Shown: piece by piece, positions 50,898 through 61,617 of the stretch
Position numbering within the stretch: the stretch's first letter is position 1
Layout of the letters: each line of letters opens with the position of its first letter
Assembly: GCA_002104945.1 (NCBI GenBank)
Contig: MCFH01000025.1
Location: 558,001-622,000 of the forward strand
Origin: Piromyces finnis finn
Taxonomy: Eukaryota; Fungi; Neocallimastigomycota
DNA: 64,000 nucleotides
Direction of reading: 5' to 3'
Program-made: the position numbers and the translations under genes
Notes under the pieces: model-generated
Databases searched by the model: none
The model's input: only the letters and a program-made list of their open reading frames with translations
Told to the model about the DNA's origin: nothing

Positions 50898-51767
50898 AAG
50901 ATAATATGAATTAATGTTGGTTGAATAACTATAAGATTTTTTTTTAAATTGTATAATAGTAATCTGGCGTAATCCTTGTTTTTTTATATATATTTATATA
51001 TTAAAAAATAAATTAATTTTTATTTTTTAATAAATTACATAACAATGAGTAAGGTAGATCATTACTTTTCTATTTAATTAAAGTTCTTATTTTCCACCAG
51101 TTAAATGAAAATTCTTTAAAGAAAATCATCATTTAACTTCTTTTAGTTCAAATCTTAATTTATATTTCATGGTTCATTTAACCAGTTAATATTATCTCAA
51201 CCCAAATAAAAAAAAATTAAACTTTTTAGACTTTTTAATCTATTTTATATATAAAATTTTACTATTTTATATTAAAAAGTTTATTAATTATAGAAAGAAT
51301 AAAAATAAATAGTAATGTATATTTAATAATAAATTGTAAATTAAATAGTAATTTTAATAATAGCTAATATTATTTCATATTAAAAAGTATATTTAATAAT
51401 AGTTAGTATTAAATTACTTATTTATTATTATTACTATTTAATAATATAATTATTTAATATTTAATATTATTAAATAATAGACCCTAAATATTCTAAATAT
51501 TATCCATAAATATAGAAAATAAAATATTAATAAATACTATTTAATATTATTAATAAATTAAAAAAAAATATTATAAATATAAGGTTTTTTTATCTGAAAA
51601 ATTTTTTTTTTTTTATTCTATAACTATTTTATCAGTTAATAAATTTAACCTTGATTTAAATAGATTATATTATTTATTGACTAAGTAATCAAAGAAGTAT
51701 ATTTATAATTCACTGGTTGAATTTAAATAAAAAACTTACAATAATTAATACAAATTAATAAAAAAAA

Positions 51768-53156
51768 ATGAAATTCTCTGCTTTAATTGGTACTTTATTC
51801 GCAACTGGAGCTTTAGCCTCTAGCTGTCACCCATACTACAATTGCTGTAATAATTGTGATGTTTATTACACTGATAACGAAGGTAAGTGGGGTGTTCAAA
51901 ACAACGACTGGTGTTTCATTGATAACAACCGTTGTGGTGGTAACAACAACAGCGGTTACTGCAAGTTCGAAAGTTTAGGTTACCGTTGCTGTAACGGTTG
52001 TGACGTTGTTTACACCGATAGTGATGGTAACTGGGGTGTTGAAAATGGTAACTGGTGTGGTATTAGAGACAACTGTAACAACAACAACAACAACAACAAC
52101 AACAACTACAGAACTACTACTACCACCAGAAGAACCACTACCACCACTAGAGTTAGTGTCCCAACTAGCGACAACTTCTTTGATAATACTCTCTACAGTA
52201 ACTTCAAGTTCCAAGCTGAAGTTCAATCTTCTATTAACAAGTTAAGTGGTTCCTTAGCTGAAAAGGCTAAGAAGGTTAAGTACGTCCCAACTGCTGCTTG
52301 GTTAGCTTGGGAAGGTGCTCCAGCTGAAGTTCCACAATACCTTGATGAAGCTGGTTCCAACACTGTTGTTTTCGTCTTATATATGATTCCAACTCGTGAT
52401 TGTAACGCTAACGCCTCTGCTGGTGGTAGTTCCAACATTGAAAAGTACAAGGGTTACGTTGACAAGATCTACAACACTATTAACCAATATCCAAACTCTA
52501 GAATTGTTATGATTCTTGAACCAGATACTATTGGTAACCTTGTTACTGCTAACAATGACAACTGTAGAAACGTCCAAAACATGCACAAGCAAGCCCTTTC
52601 TTACGCTATTAGTAAGTTCGGTACCCAAAGTAACGTCAGAGTTTACCTTGATGCTGCTCACGGTGCTTGGTTATCTAGCCACGCTGACAAGACTGCCCAA
52701 GTTATTAAGGAAATCTTAAACAACGCTGGTAACGGTAAACTTCGTGGTATCAGTACTAACGTTTCTAACTACCAAACTGTTAACGATGAATACAACTACC
52801 ACATGAGACTTAACAGTGCCCTCGAAAACCTTGGTGTTAGAGGTATGAAATTCATTGTTGATACTTCCCGTAACGGTGCTAACATTTCTGGTGCTTTCAA
52901 TGCTAGTGGTACCTGGTGTAACTTCAAGGGTGCTGGTTTAGGTGCTCGTCCACAAGGTAGCCCAGACCCAAGCAAGCCATTACTTGATGCTTACATGTGG
53001 ATTAAGACTCCAGGTGAAGCTGATGGTTCTTCTAGCGGTTCTAGAGCTGATCCAGTCTGTGCTCGTTACGATTCTCTTCAAGGTGCTCCAGATGCTGGTT
53101 CTTGGTTCCATGATTACTTCGTTATGTTAGTCCAAAACGCTAACCCAGCCTTCTAA
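51768..53156 (+). CDS. Cellulosomal GH6 cellulase (cellobiohydrolase-type) with two N-terminal fungal dockerins (NCDD/CBM10)
   Basis: Signal peptide. Two CC..C..YTD..G.WGV.N..WC modules and an N/T/R linker. GH6 motifs YMIPTRDC, ILEPDT, YLDAAHGAW, VDTSRNG, WCN, PGEADG. Confidence 0.97.
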   Translation: MKFSALIGTLFATGALASSCHPYYNCCNNCDVYYTDNEGKWGVQNNDWCFIDNNRCGGNNNSGYCKFESLGYRCCNGCDVVYTDSDGNWGVENGNWCGIRDNCNNNNNNNNNNYRTTTTTRRTTTTTRVSVPTSDNFFDNTLYSNFKFQAEVQSSINKLSGSLAEKAKKVKYVPTAAWLAWEGAPAEVPQYLDEAGSNTVVFVLYMIPTRDCNANASAGGSSNIEKYKGYVDKIYNTINQYPNSRIVMILEPDTIGNLVTANNDNCRNVQNMHKQALSYAISKFGTQSNVRVYLDAAHGAWLSSHADKTAQVIKEILNNAGNGKLRGISTNVSNYQTVNDEYNYHMRLNSALENLGVRGMKFIVDTSRNGANISGAFNASGTWCNFKGAGLGARPQGSPDPSKPLLDAYMWIKTPGEADGSSSGSRADPVCARYDSLQGAPDAGSWFHDYFVMLVQNANPAF

Positions 53157-53537
53157 GCTTAATAATTAGTACCATATTTTAAATAAAAAATAATAAATTT
53201 TAAAAAATCTTTTTTCGAGTATATAAAAAAAAGTATGTGTAAAAAGTAATTCTAATTTTAAAATTATATTTATATTATAATAAAATTATATAATATAAAT
53301 ATATTTGTTAATAATAAAATAAAAAAATTAAAAAAATTAAAAATAAAATTGTTTTTTGTTTGGGAAAAGTGTGTTTTATAGTTTTGTTGTAAGGGGATGA
53401 TGGTATTTTTTAATGAAAGGGAGGGATAAATAATAGTTTAGAAAAAAATACCAAAAAGGTATATTTAAAAATATATAATATAATGGAAATATAATAGAAA
53501 AATAGTAAATAAAATTGTAAATGCTTTCTATTTTTTT

Positions 53538-53635
53538 ATTTTTTCCAGTATACGTTATATTTATAATTTATATTAGTATTTATTTCATATTCAATATTTT
53601 TAATTAGAATTAATTATCATGGCAGTCCTTTATAT
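53538..53635 (+). mobile_element. Older LINE copy, left half (end of 5' UTR plus start codon), split by copy B
   Basis: Matches 54515-54612 (tacgttatatttataatt...tatcatg(g)cagtcctttatat). Confidence 0.9.
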
Positions 53636-53704
53636 ATATATTTAACTCATTCATCCCATCCATCGATTCTTGTTGGTGATTTTAATATGTCTAAAGTAAA
53701 ATTC

Positions 53705-56700
53705 CCCTATTGGGAACGTGCCTTCATTTATTTAATAAATGTAGTTTCTCAAGGGGGTCTACTCATGCTCATGGTACTGAGAGAGTAGAAAGAATTAAAT
53801 CCAAGTATTGCGCAATGGATGCTTGGTGCCCTCTTAGGAACGTGCCTTCATTTATTTAATAATGGAGTTTATCAAGGGGGTCTACTCATGCTCATGGTAC
53901 TGAGAGAGTAGAAAGAATTAAATCCAAGCATTGCGCAATGGATGCTTGGTTAGTCTTTAAGGGAAAATTATTAGGACTAAGCTCATGGTACTGAGCGATT
54001 AAAAAACATTTTATTCATCGAATTAAGTATTTGATGAATAAGTTGAATGTTTGATATTCAGGTAAGTTTGTATAGTATTTAATTAGAAGAGTAATACATT
54101 TTGTTGCTGTATTTTTTCTTTTATTCATGTATTCATGTAGTACTACTCTTCTCTTGTAAGAATCCAATGTAGTCAACTTTAGCATTTGCATTGTATTTTT
54201 ATATTCATGTAGCTATTGTTGTATTGTTTCTTGTAAGAGACTGATTCACTCTACATCATGTAAAAATACTATTCACAAGCTTTCTGGTGTCGACATTCTT
54301 GATTCAAATTTTTTACCAATTTAAATATTTAATGAAAAGTAAAGTCAAACAAGTTTAGTGTCAAAAAGCGATTCGAATTTACTAACAACAAACCAAAACT
54401 AGAATTTTTAAAGAAAATTTACAACTAGAATTCAAAAAAAAAAGAAACTTTAAACAAAGCATCGTAACAATTTTTGTACTATCCAGTACTTTTAAGAAGA
54501 GAGAGAGAGACAGATTTTTTTTCCATATACGTTATATTTATAATTTTTATTAGTATTTATTTTATATTCAATATTTTTAATTAGAATTTATTATCATGTC
54601 AGTCCTTTATATTAAAGATAAGAATTATATCAGACGTGGTACCCGGTCTTATGGTATCCCCTTAGATGATATTCGCTCCTTCTTTATCCGTGGTATTCGA
54701 TCATGGTCAGTAAATATGCTATGGGAAAAACTCGAGGTTATTCTAGAAGATAAATTTAATTCAGTTATTAGTGTTAAATATTTTCAGACTTTCAATGATC
54801 ACTTTTTCTTAGTCAAGGTTCATGGTTCATCGAAAGATTGTATTAAAATCTTACACATGTTAAAGAAGAAACTTTCAGTTACCTCAATTTCCTTTTCAGC
54901 TCGTAGTAGAAGGAATCACAAATACACTTTTTCCACTCTCAAACGTAAAATTTTAATTTCTAATAAACATCAACATTCTATTCAACAATCATTTCAACAA
55001 TCATTTCAACAATCAGTTCAACAATCTCATCAACAATCCGATCTTCAACTAGATCTTCAACAAGATCTTCAACAAGTTTCCAATCATGAAAATATTCCAG
55101 ATCTACAGCAAACACAATTTCAATCTCAACATTCAACAATTAATTCTAATAGCTCTATCAACTCTGATAACAGTTCAATAGTTGATAGTTCTTCAGTTTC
55201 ACAGCCATCTAGTAATAGTTCTACTTATTCCTCTGATGCATCATCCATTAATAACGATGACTTTAATAATAATAATAATAGCAACGATTCTTCCTCATCC
55301 AACAAGCCTGATAACTTTTCTTTTTGTCTTAGTTGGAACACCAATGGGTGGAATCACGAAAAGAGAGATAGTATTAGCTATTTCACAGCTATTTTCAAAC
55401 CATTATTTTTATGTTTCCAAGAAACTGGTAATGGTTCTGGATCGAATACAGATTATCCTTGTCGTGTTACTTTGCGAAACTATAGACACTTTTTCAAGAA
55501 AGCTGACGAATCAGTTCCGGGAATGAGAGGTTTATATTTAGGTTTTCACAATTCATGTCAAGCCTCACTTGAAAACTTCTCTGGAAAGTATATTATTTCT
55601 ATTTATACTTTTAGTCTCTGGAATAGATTCAAATGCTCGATTGGTAATGTTTATATGCCTCATAGTCATCACAACATCTATGTTGATCATGCAAAGTTAG
55701 AAGTTCGCTTGTGGTTACAAACTCATTCATCCCATCCATCGATTCTTGTTGGTGATTTTAATATGTCTAAAGTAAAATTATCCAACTGGTTATCAACTAA
55801 TGGATTAGGAGATTGGGAAATTCTTCCGCTTAGAGGGTCTACTATCTCTTGGACTCGAGGTGATCAATCTTCCGACATTGACCATGCTCTTATCAATTCG
55901 AAGATGAAAGATCTTATTCACTCAGGATCATTTATAAATAATTTTTATCCTGTATCAGACCATAAGCCACTTCTTATTAATGGTAAAATTATTCCTATGG
56001 AAGATTTTTCTAATGACTTTAATGTTCCTAAGAAAATTCTGAAATGGAATAGATTAAAATGTATTGAGGAAAAGGAATCTATTCTCAGTCATAATAAATT
56101 CCAAATACTTTCAGCAAAACTCAACGATCCTAATGTTTCTACAGATGAACTTTCCAAAGAGTTTACTTCAACTGCTTTTTCAATTGCAGACGAGCTCAGT
56201 ATTACTTCAGCAAATAATGTTATAAAGTCTTCATTTCATATTTCACAACAAATTTTTAATCTTCAAAAAATCAAAATGAAGTTGTATAAGAGATTTAAAA
56301 AAGAAAGAATTTATGATATAGATGAATTTATTAAAAGAATTAAAATCTACCGTAAACTCATTGATTACATCCACAAAAGATGTAATGAATTTAGGAAGCA
56401 AGAATATCTTCATTGGATTAAAACAGGATGTGAGTATATGAAGAGTCATAATCCTAAGAAGGCCTGGAAATGGATCAAGAAAACTGCAAAAATTGGAAAA
56501 GATTCTTTCTTTATTGCTCAACCAATTAAAAATAAAAATGGAGAATTAGTTGTTGCTACGGAAGAACAACTAGAAGTGTGGCATGATCATTTCGAAAACC
56601 TTGCATCAGATCCAAGTGGTGTAAGTCTTGATTTGGAGCATTGGTATGAAGAACCAACGAATAAACGTTTTTCACTTCCTATGCTTGATGAGTGGGATAT

Positions 56701-59340
56701 CAACCAAGATATTAGTATTGATGAAGTCAAGTCAGCTATCCTCACTACTCCAAATTATAAAGCATCAGGTCCGGATGGTATTCCAATTGAATTTTACAAA
56801 GCATTAGTTCCATCAAGTAATGATTCTAATAATGCTACAGATAATAATTCTTCTGGTAATACTACTTCAGATAATGATGCTCATGGTTTAAATTTTATTC
56901 TTAAATTATTCAACCGTATTTGGGATGGAGATTTCCCCAACTCATGGAATGAATCCAGTATTGTTTCTATTCCTAAGAAGGGAGATTTGACAGATTGTGA
57001 TAACTATCGAGGTATATCACTTATCAATAATGGCATTAAGTTGATTTCCAAAATTGTCACCACTAGAATCTCAGAATATGGTTTAAAGAATAATTTCATT
57101 AGACCTGAACAATTTGGTTTTCGAAAAAAGGAAGAAAGTATTAGTCTTTTCATTTCAATCCAAGAAATATGCCGTAGACGTCAATTAGATAATAAAGAGA
57201 CATATTTGGCCTTTTTAGATCTCAGGAAAGCATACGATTCAGTCCCAATCGGTAATATTCTCCATAAATTAGATTGTTTAGGAATCCGAGGTAAGAGTTT
57301 ACAATTCATCAAAAATTTATATTTAACATCTAAGGCTAATGTCAAATTAGATGGACAATTCTCGAAATCTTTTGATGTGAAGAAAGGAGTCCGTCAAGGT
57401 TGCCCTCTTTCTCCTATTCTCTTTAATCTCTTTATTAATGATATATTTAGAGAGTGCGAAGATCTAGGAGTCAGTTTAGGTGACACTCGATGCTGTGGTG
57501 GACTTTTTGCAGATGATATAGTTATTTGTGCTCCAACAAGAGGATGCTTAAAAAAAATGCTAAGAAGAGTTAATGAATGGGCCTTGTATAATGAAATGGA
57601 ATTTGGTATCCAGAAATGTTCAACGATGGTGATTCGTCCTGAATCAATAGAAAATCAGATCAAGAGAGATCCAACATTTTACTTAGCAGGACAACCCATT
57701 CCAACTACTGATTGCTATACTTATCTTGGTGTTCCATTTGATAAGAATTTGTCCCTTAAACCAGTAATTAAAGCTCTTAATAACAAGGTTTTGAAAGGAC
57801 TTTTTTCAGTCAGTAAATTCTTAAGAAATCCTAATATTCCTATTCCCTTCAAAAAGCTAGTACTTAACTCACAAGTGATTAGCAGAGTTTCATACTTTGC
57901 ACCATTACTTGGATCCAACAAAGCCAGGTCTAGGATTGCTCAGAAGCATGTTAACAAAGGAATACGATGGGTTGCCGGAGTTCATAAAGCTGTATCGTTT
58001 ATTTCTTTATACTCTATTTCAAAAGATTTGAATATTCCTCCATTGTCAGCCAAATGTGCGTTAGCTCAGGTTAGATGTTTTAACAAATGGAAAAACTCAA
58101 ATTGTATTATCTCACACCTTGTCAATTACATTCCTAAATTTAGAAAATACACGTGGTGCAAATCAAGTAGGACACTTGATAAAAAACTAAAGAAGCATGG
58201 AGATATTAAAGCAATTAAAAACTTTTATTGGAAAGATCTCAAAGGGAATTCAATCAAAGCGCAATATTATGATGATAATAAATTTATTGAAACTAAAGAT
58301 TTTATTAAATTATGTTATGAATACCCAGAGTTTGCCTATGGCTTCTACTGGCTATTGAAAGCAAGAAGCGGATACAAGTTGGATGCTAGAGTTGCCAAAG
58401 CTGCTAAATTTGTTGATCCAGTTTGTCCTAACTACTGTCCATGTTGCAAGTGTGGAGATCAAAGTATTAAACATTGGTTATTAGATTGTCCAACATTTAG
58501 AGATATCCGTATTAAACATTATGATTCTATAGTCCAGCTATTAAATTTTTTCAGTCAACGTAATTCCAATAGTCCTATCAATAATAATGAAATTGATAAT
58601 ATCAGTAGAGATAGCAATAACATTAATAGTAATAGTAACATTAGTAATAGTAACAATAGTAATAATAACAATAATAGAAATAATAATATTAGTAATGATA
58701 GCAATAGTGAAGATAATAATTCTAATTTAGATAGTAATTTAGTTAATGATAGTAATAGTTCTAATAATCCGGTGAATATTAATGTGTATGATTATTCTAG
58801 TGTGTGCAGTAAAATATTTAAATTCCTTCTTGGGGGAAGAAGTTTTAACAATATTAATTACAATTCAAGGGAATGGAAAGAACTTTGTAAGCGTCAGATT
58901 CAATCTGGTACTAACGAAGGAACACCATTCTTGACGGTAACCGCGGAACTTCTAACCAAAATCATGCCTTTTGCTATTGGCCAGCAATGGTCAATGTTCA
59001 AAAGGTTTGAAGCAACATCCAAGAGCGTCAATGCTGAAGAAACAGTAAGACAGGCCAGGAGGGCCAGCGCAACCAATGGAGATCATAATTTTGTTCCATG
59101 ATAAAATTTTGATCTTTGACTTGGTATCCCATTGGAAGTCAAATATAATTATTATACTTTAGTATAATAGTGGCATTCTTACTTTAATTAAAATTACTAG
59201 AATACATTATACCCAATTTTTATTCATTTGTGTTTATTAAAATATATTTTTTTATTTTTTTATTTATTACATGTATTATAATTTTAATTAAATTAATAAA
59301 GTTTAAAATATTTGATGCCGTTAAAAAAAAAAAAAAAAAA
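53705..59340 (+). mobile_element. Full-length LINE, copy B
   Basis: 5' monomers at 53705 and 53829. Poly(A) about 59323-59340. TSD AGTCCTTTATAT at 53624-53635 and 59341-59352. Near-identical to copy A. Confidence 0.97.
54596..59101 (+). CDS. LINE polyprotein (RRM-like, APE, RT, Zn-knuckle), 1501 aa
   Basis: Same motifs as copy A. Scattered substitutions and a net 7-aa shorter Asn tract. Confidence 0.97.
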   Translation: MSVLYIKDKNYIRRGTRSYGIPLDDIRSFFIRGIRSWSVNMLWEKLEVILEDKFNSVISVKYFQTFNDHFFLVKVHGSSKDCIKILHMLKKKLSVTSISFSARSRRNHKYTFSTLKRKILISNKHQHSIQQSFQQSFQQSVQQSHQQSDLQLDLQQDLQQVSNHENIPDLQQTQFQSQHSTINSNSSINSDNSSIVDSSSVSQPSSNSSTYSSDASSINNDDFNNNNNSNDSSSSNKPDNFSFCLSWNTNGWNHEKRDSISYFTAIFKPLFLCFQETGNGSGSNTDYPCRVTLRNYRHFFKKADESVPGMRGLYLGFHNSCQASLENFSGKYIISIYTFSLWNRFKCSIGNVYMPHSHHNIYVDHAKLEVRLWLQTHSSHPSILVGDFNMSKVKLSNWLSTNGLGDWEILPLRGSTISWTRGDQSSDIDHALINSKMKDLIHSGSFINNFYPVSDHKPLLINGKIIPMEDFSNDFNVPKKILKWNRLKCIEEKESILSHNKFQILSAKLNDPNVSTDELSKEFTSTAFSIADELSITSANNVIKSSFHISQQIFNLQKIKMKLYKRFKKERIYDIDEFIKRIKIYRKLIDYIHKRCNEFRKQEYLHWIKTGCEYMKSHNPKKAWKWIKKTAKIGKDSFFIAQPIKNKNGELVVATEEQLEVWHDHFENLASDPSGVSLDLEHWYEEPTNKRFSLPMLDEWDINQDISIDEVKSAILTTPNYKASGPDGIPIEFYKALVPSSNDSNNATDNNSSGNTTSDNDAHGLNFILKLFNRIWDGDFPNSWNESSIVSIPKKGDLTDCDNYRGISLINNGIKLISKIVTTRISEYGLKNNFIRPEQFGFRKKEESISLFISIQEICRRRQLDNKETYLAFLDLRKAYDSVPIGNILHKLDCLGIRGKSLQFIKNLYLTSKANVKLDGQFSKSFDVKKGVRQGCPLSPILFNLFINDIFRECEDLGVSLGDTRCCGGLFADDIVICAPTRGCLKKMLRRVNEWALYNEMEFGIQKCSTMVIRPESIENQIKRDPTFYLAGQPIPTTDCYTYLGVPFDKNLSLKPVIKALNNKVLKGLFSVSKFLRNPNIPIPFKKLVLNSQVISRVSYFAPLLGSNKARSRIAQKHVNKGIRWVAGVHKAVSFISLYSISKDLNIPPLSAKCALAQVRCFNKWKNSNCIISHLVNYIPKFRKYTWCKSSRTLDKKLKKHGDIKAIKNFYWKDLKGNSIKAQYYDDNKFIETKDFIKLCYEYPEFAYGFYWLLKARSGYKLDARVAKAAKFVDPVCPNYCPCCKCGDQSIKHWLLDCPTFRDIRIKHYDSIVQLLNFFSQRNSNSPINNNEIDNISRDSNNINSNSNISNSNNSNNNNNRNNNISNDSNSEDNNSNLDSNLVNDSNSSNNPVNINVYDYSSVCSKIFKFLLGGRSFNNINYNSREWKELCKRQIQSGTNEGTPFLTVTAELLTKIMPFAIGQQWSMFKRFEATSKSVNAEETVRQARRASATNGDHNFVP

Positions 59341-59919
59341 AGTCCTTTATATTAAAGATAAGAATTATATCAGACGTGGTATAATTCATATGGTATCCCC
59401 TTAGATGATATTTAGTTCCTTTATCTGTGGTATTCGATCATGGTCAGTTAATATGCTATGGGAAAAACTCGTGGTTATTCTGAAAGATAAATTTAATTCA
59501 GTTATTAGTGTTAAATATTTTCAGACTTTCACTTTTTCTTAGTCAAGGTTCATGGTTCAACGAAAGATTGTATTAAAATCTTACACATCTTAAAGAAGAA
59601 ACTTTCCATTGCCTCAATTTCCTTTTCAGCTCGTAGTAGAAGGAATCCCAAATACACTTTTTCCTCATTCAAACGTAAAATTTTAGTTTCTAATAAACAT
59701 CAACAATCAATTCAACCGTTAGTTCAACAATCTCATCAACAATCCGATCTTCAACAAGATTTCCAACTTGAAACCCTCTTGGGAATGTTATTTAATAAAT
59801 GAAGTTTCTCAAGGGGCTCTATTCATGCTCATGGTACTGAGAGAGTAGAAAAAAAAATCCAAGTATTGCGTAATGGATGCTTGGTTCGTCTTTCTCATCC
59901 AACAAGCCTGATAACTTTT
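59341..59919 (+). mobile_element. Older LINE copy, right half (decayed ORF 5' part) containing a solo 5' monomer
   Basis: 59341-59765 matches the ORF start with indels. 59774-59885 is one monomer. 59891-59919 matches 55290-55319. Confidence 0.9.
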
Positions 59920-59924
59920 ATGAT

Positions 59925-60265
59925 ATGTACCTGGACCAGAATATACAGTATCTTGACCATAATTTGAATGTAAAAGATCACCTACTTTTGTATTCATAAT
60001 TACATCACTAATCGTACTGATTACAGCTTCCTCAGCACCTTGTTTTTTTAGTTCTATCAACTTTTTCCATTATATATTTATGATATATCTATACCTTCAA
60101 TATAATGATAAGCATTGAGCAAATCAGGATTTGTGTCCACCTTTCAGCACTATATAGTAAGTTATACCTTTTAACTTTTTCAAAATCTTTTTTACTCATT
60201 CATGACTATTCTTCTGTTTTAGATGCTTCCTCTGATTTACTCCAATTAGTTTTGTTCGCAATATC
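59925..60265 (-). pseudogene. Decayed fragment of a paralog of the adjacent toxin-like gene
   Basis: Translates KTNWSKSEEASKTEE*S*M vs ESNWRKSEEVSHTEEYSRM in the neighbour. The stops arise from single-base changes (TAC>TAG, AGA>TGA). Confidence 0.8.
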
Positions 60266-60521
60266 TCTTTAAGATTTTTAATTACAAAATTTCTATGATT
60301 TTATAATTTCTATTATCTCTAAAATTTCTAATATTTTTTTTTTTATTATTTTTAGTTTTTAATAGATTTTTATAATAATTCCCACCCTTAATTATATTCA
60401 ATATATATATTTAATAATATTAATATTAATACTATAATTATTATTATTATAATTATTTTTTTTTAAAATCATTGTTATTTTTATAATTTAGTTGATTAAC
60501 TACTAATCATATAAATTGAAC

Positions 60522-61586
60522 TTATTTGCATGTACCATAGGATTTTTGACAACCAGTAGAACAATAATCCTTTGTTGTACCGCACCAACCATATTTACTG
60601 CAACATTGACCATTAGGACAACTTTTTCTAAAGTCTTTACCACATCTTCCATCGTCTGGTAATTTAGTAGTAATTTCCCAATGTTGATCGTTTGTATTAG
60701 TATTACATTCATTTAAATTTACTCTAATTTCACCTTCATTACCAGAAGGGAAAAGACCAAGACATAAACTATCGGACATAGTTGACCAAACGGCTTCACC
60801 ACCATTAGATTTTTTATAATCTTGCATAAGAGATCTATGGTTACATTCATTGACAATAATGGATTCTGTAGAAATTTTTGAAAACTTGTAAACATAAAGT
60901 GGTATTATAGGCAGATCTATAAAAACCTTCACCACTAATGGGGACGATCCATTTTGATTGGCCAGTATTACTGCAATCTGCTAATAATGGACGATTTCCT
61001 TGTACACCCTTATAATATAAACACTGTCTATAATATTTATTATAAACATAAGCAGTTTGAGTTTTTGTATAAATGACAGTTTCTGCAGTCCAATATTGGT
61101 TAATATTATTTTTATTACATTCTTGATAATCTAAATATCCATCCACTTCAGTAAAACAAATATTTTTATATCCGGATTCATTACACCAAATAGAATTACC
61201 AGAAGATGCTTTGGTAATATCCCCCATATTAGCAGCATAATTTTTATTTGTAGTTGTAATTAAATTATTATTACCAGTAATTCTTAAGTAATAATTAGTA
61301 CCAACATTTCTCCATATACCGCTTCCGTTTGCAGGAATTTCCCATAAATAATTTTTATTGGAAGTATCACAGTCACTAGAATATCTTAATCTAAAACCTT
61401 CAGTTTTATGAGCATAAAGACAACCATAATTGTATTTACTACGAAGATATACTTTTTTAGTTTTGACAGGAGTTGGAGTAGGAGATGTAGTAGTGGTTGT
61501 TTTAGTTTTAGTTTTAGTAGTTGTAGTTTTAGTTTTAGTTGTTGTCGTAGTTGTAGTTTTAGTTTTAGTAGTTGTAGTTTTAGTTT

Positions 61587-61617
<31 letters not shown>

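Noticed and set aside
51975-53130. Short ORFs overlapping GH6
   Set aside because: Shadow frames of a well-supported CDS.
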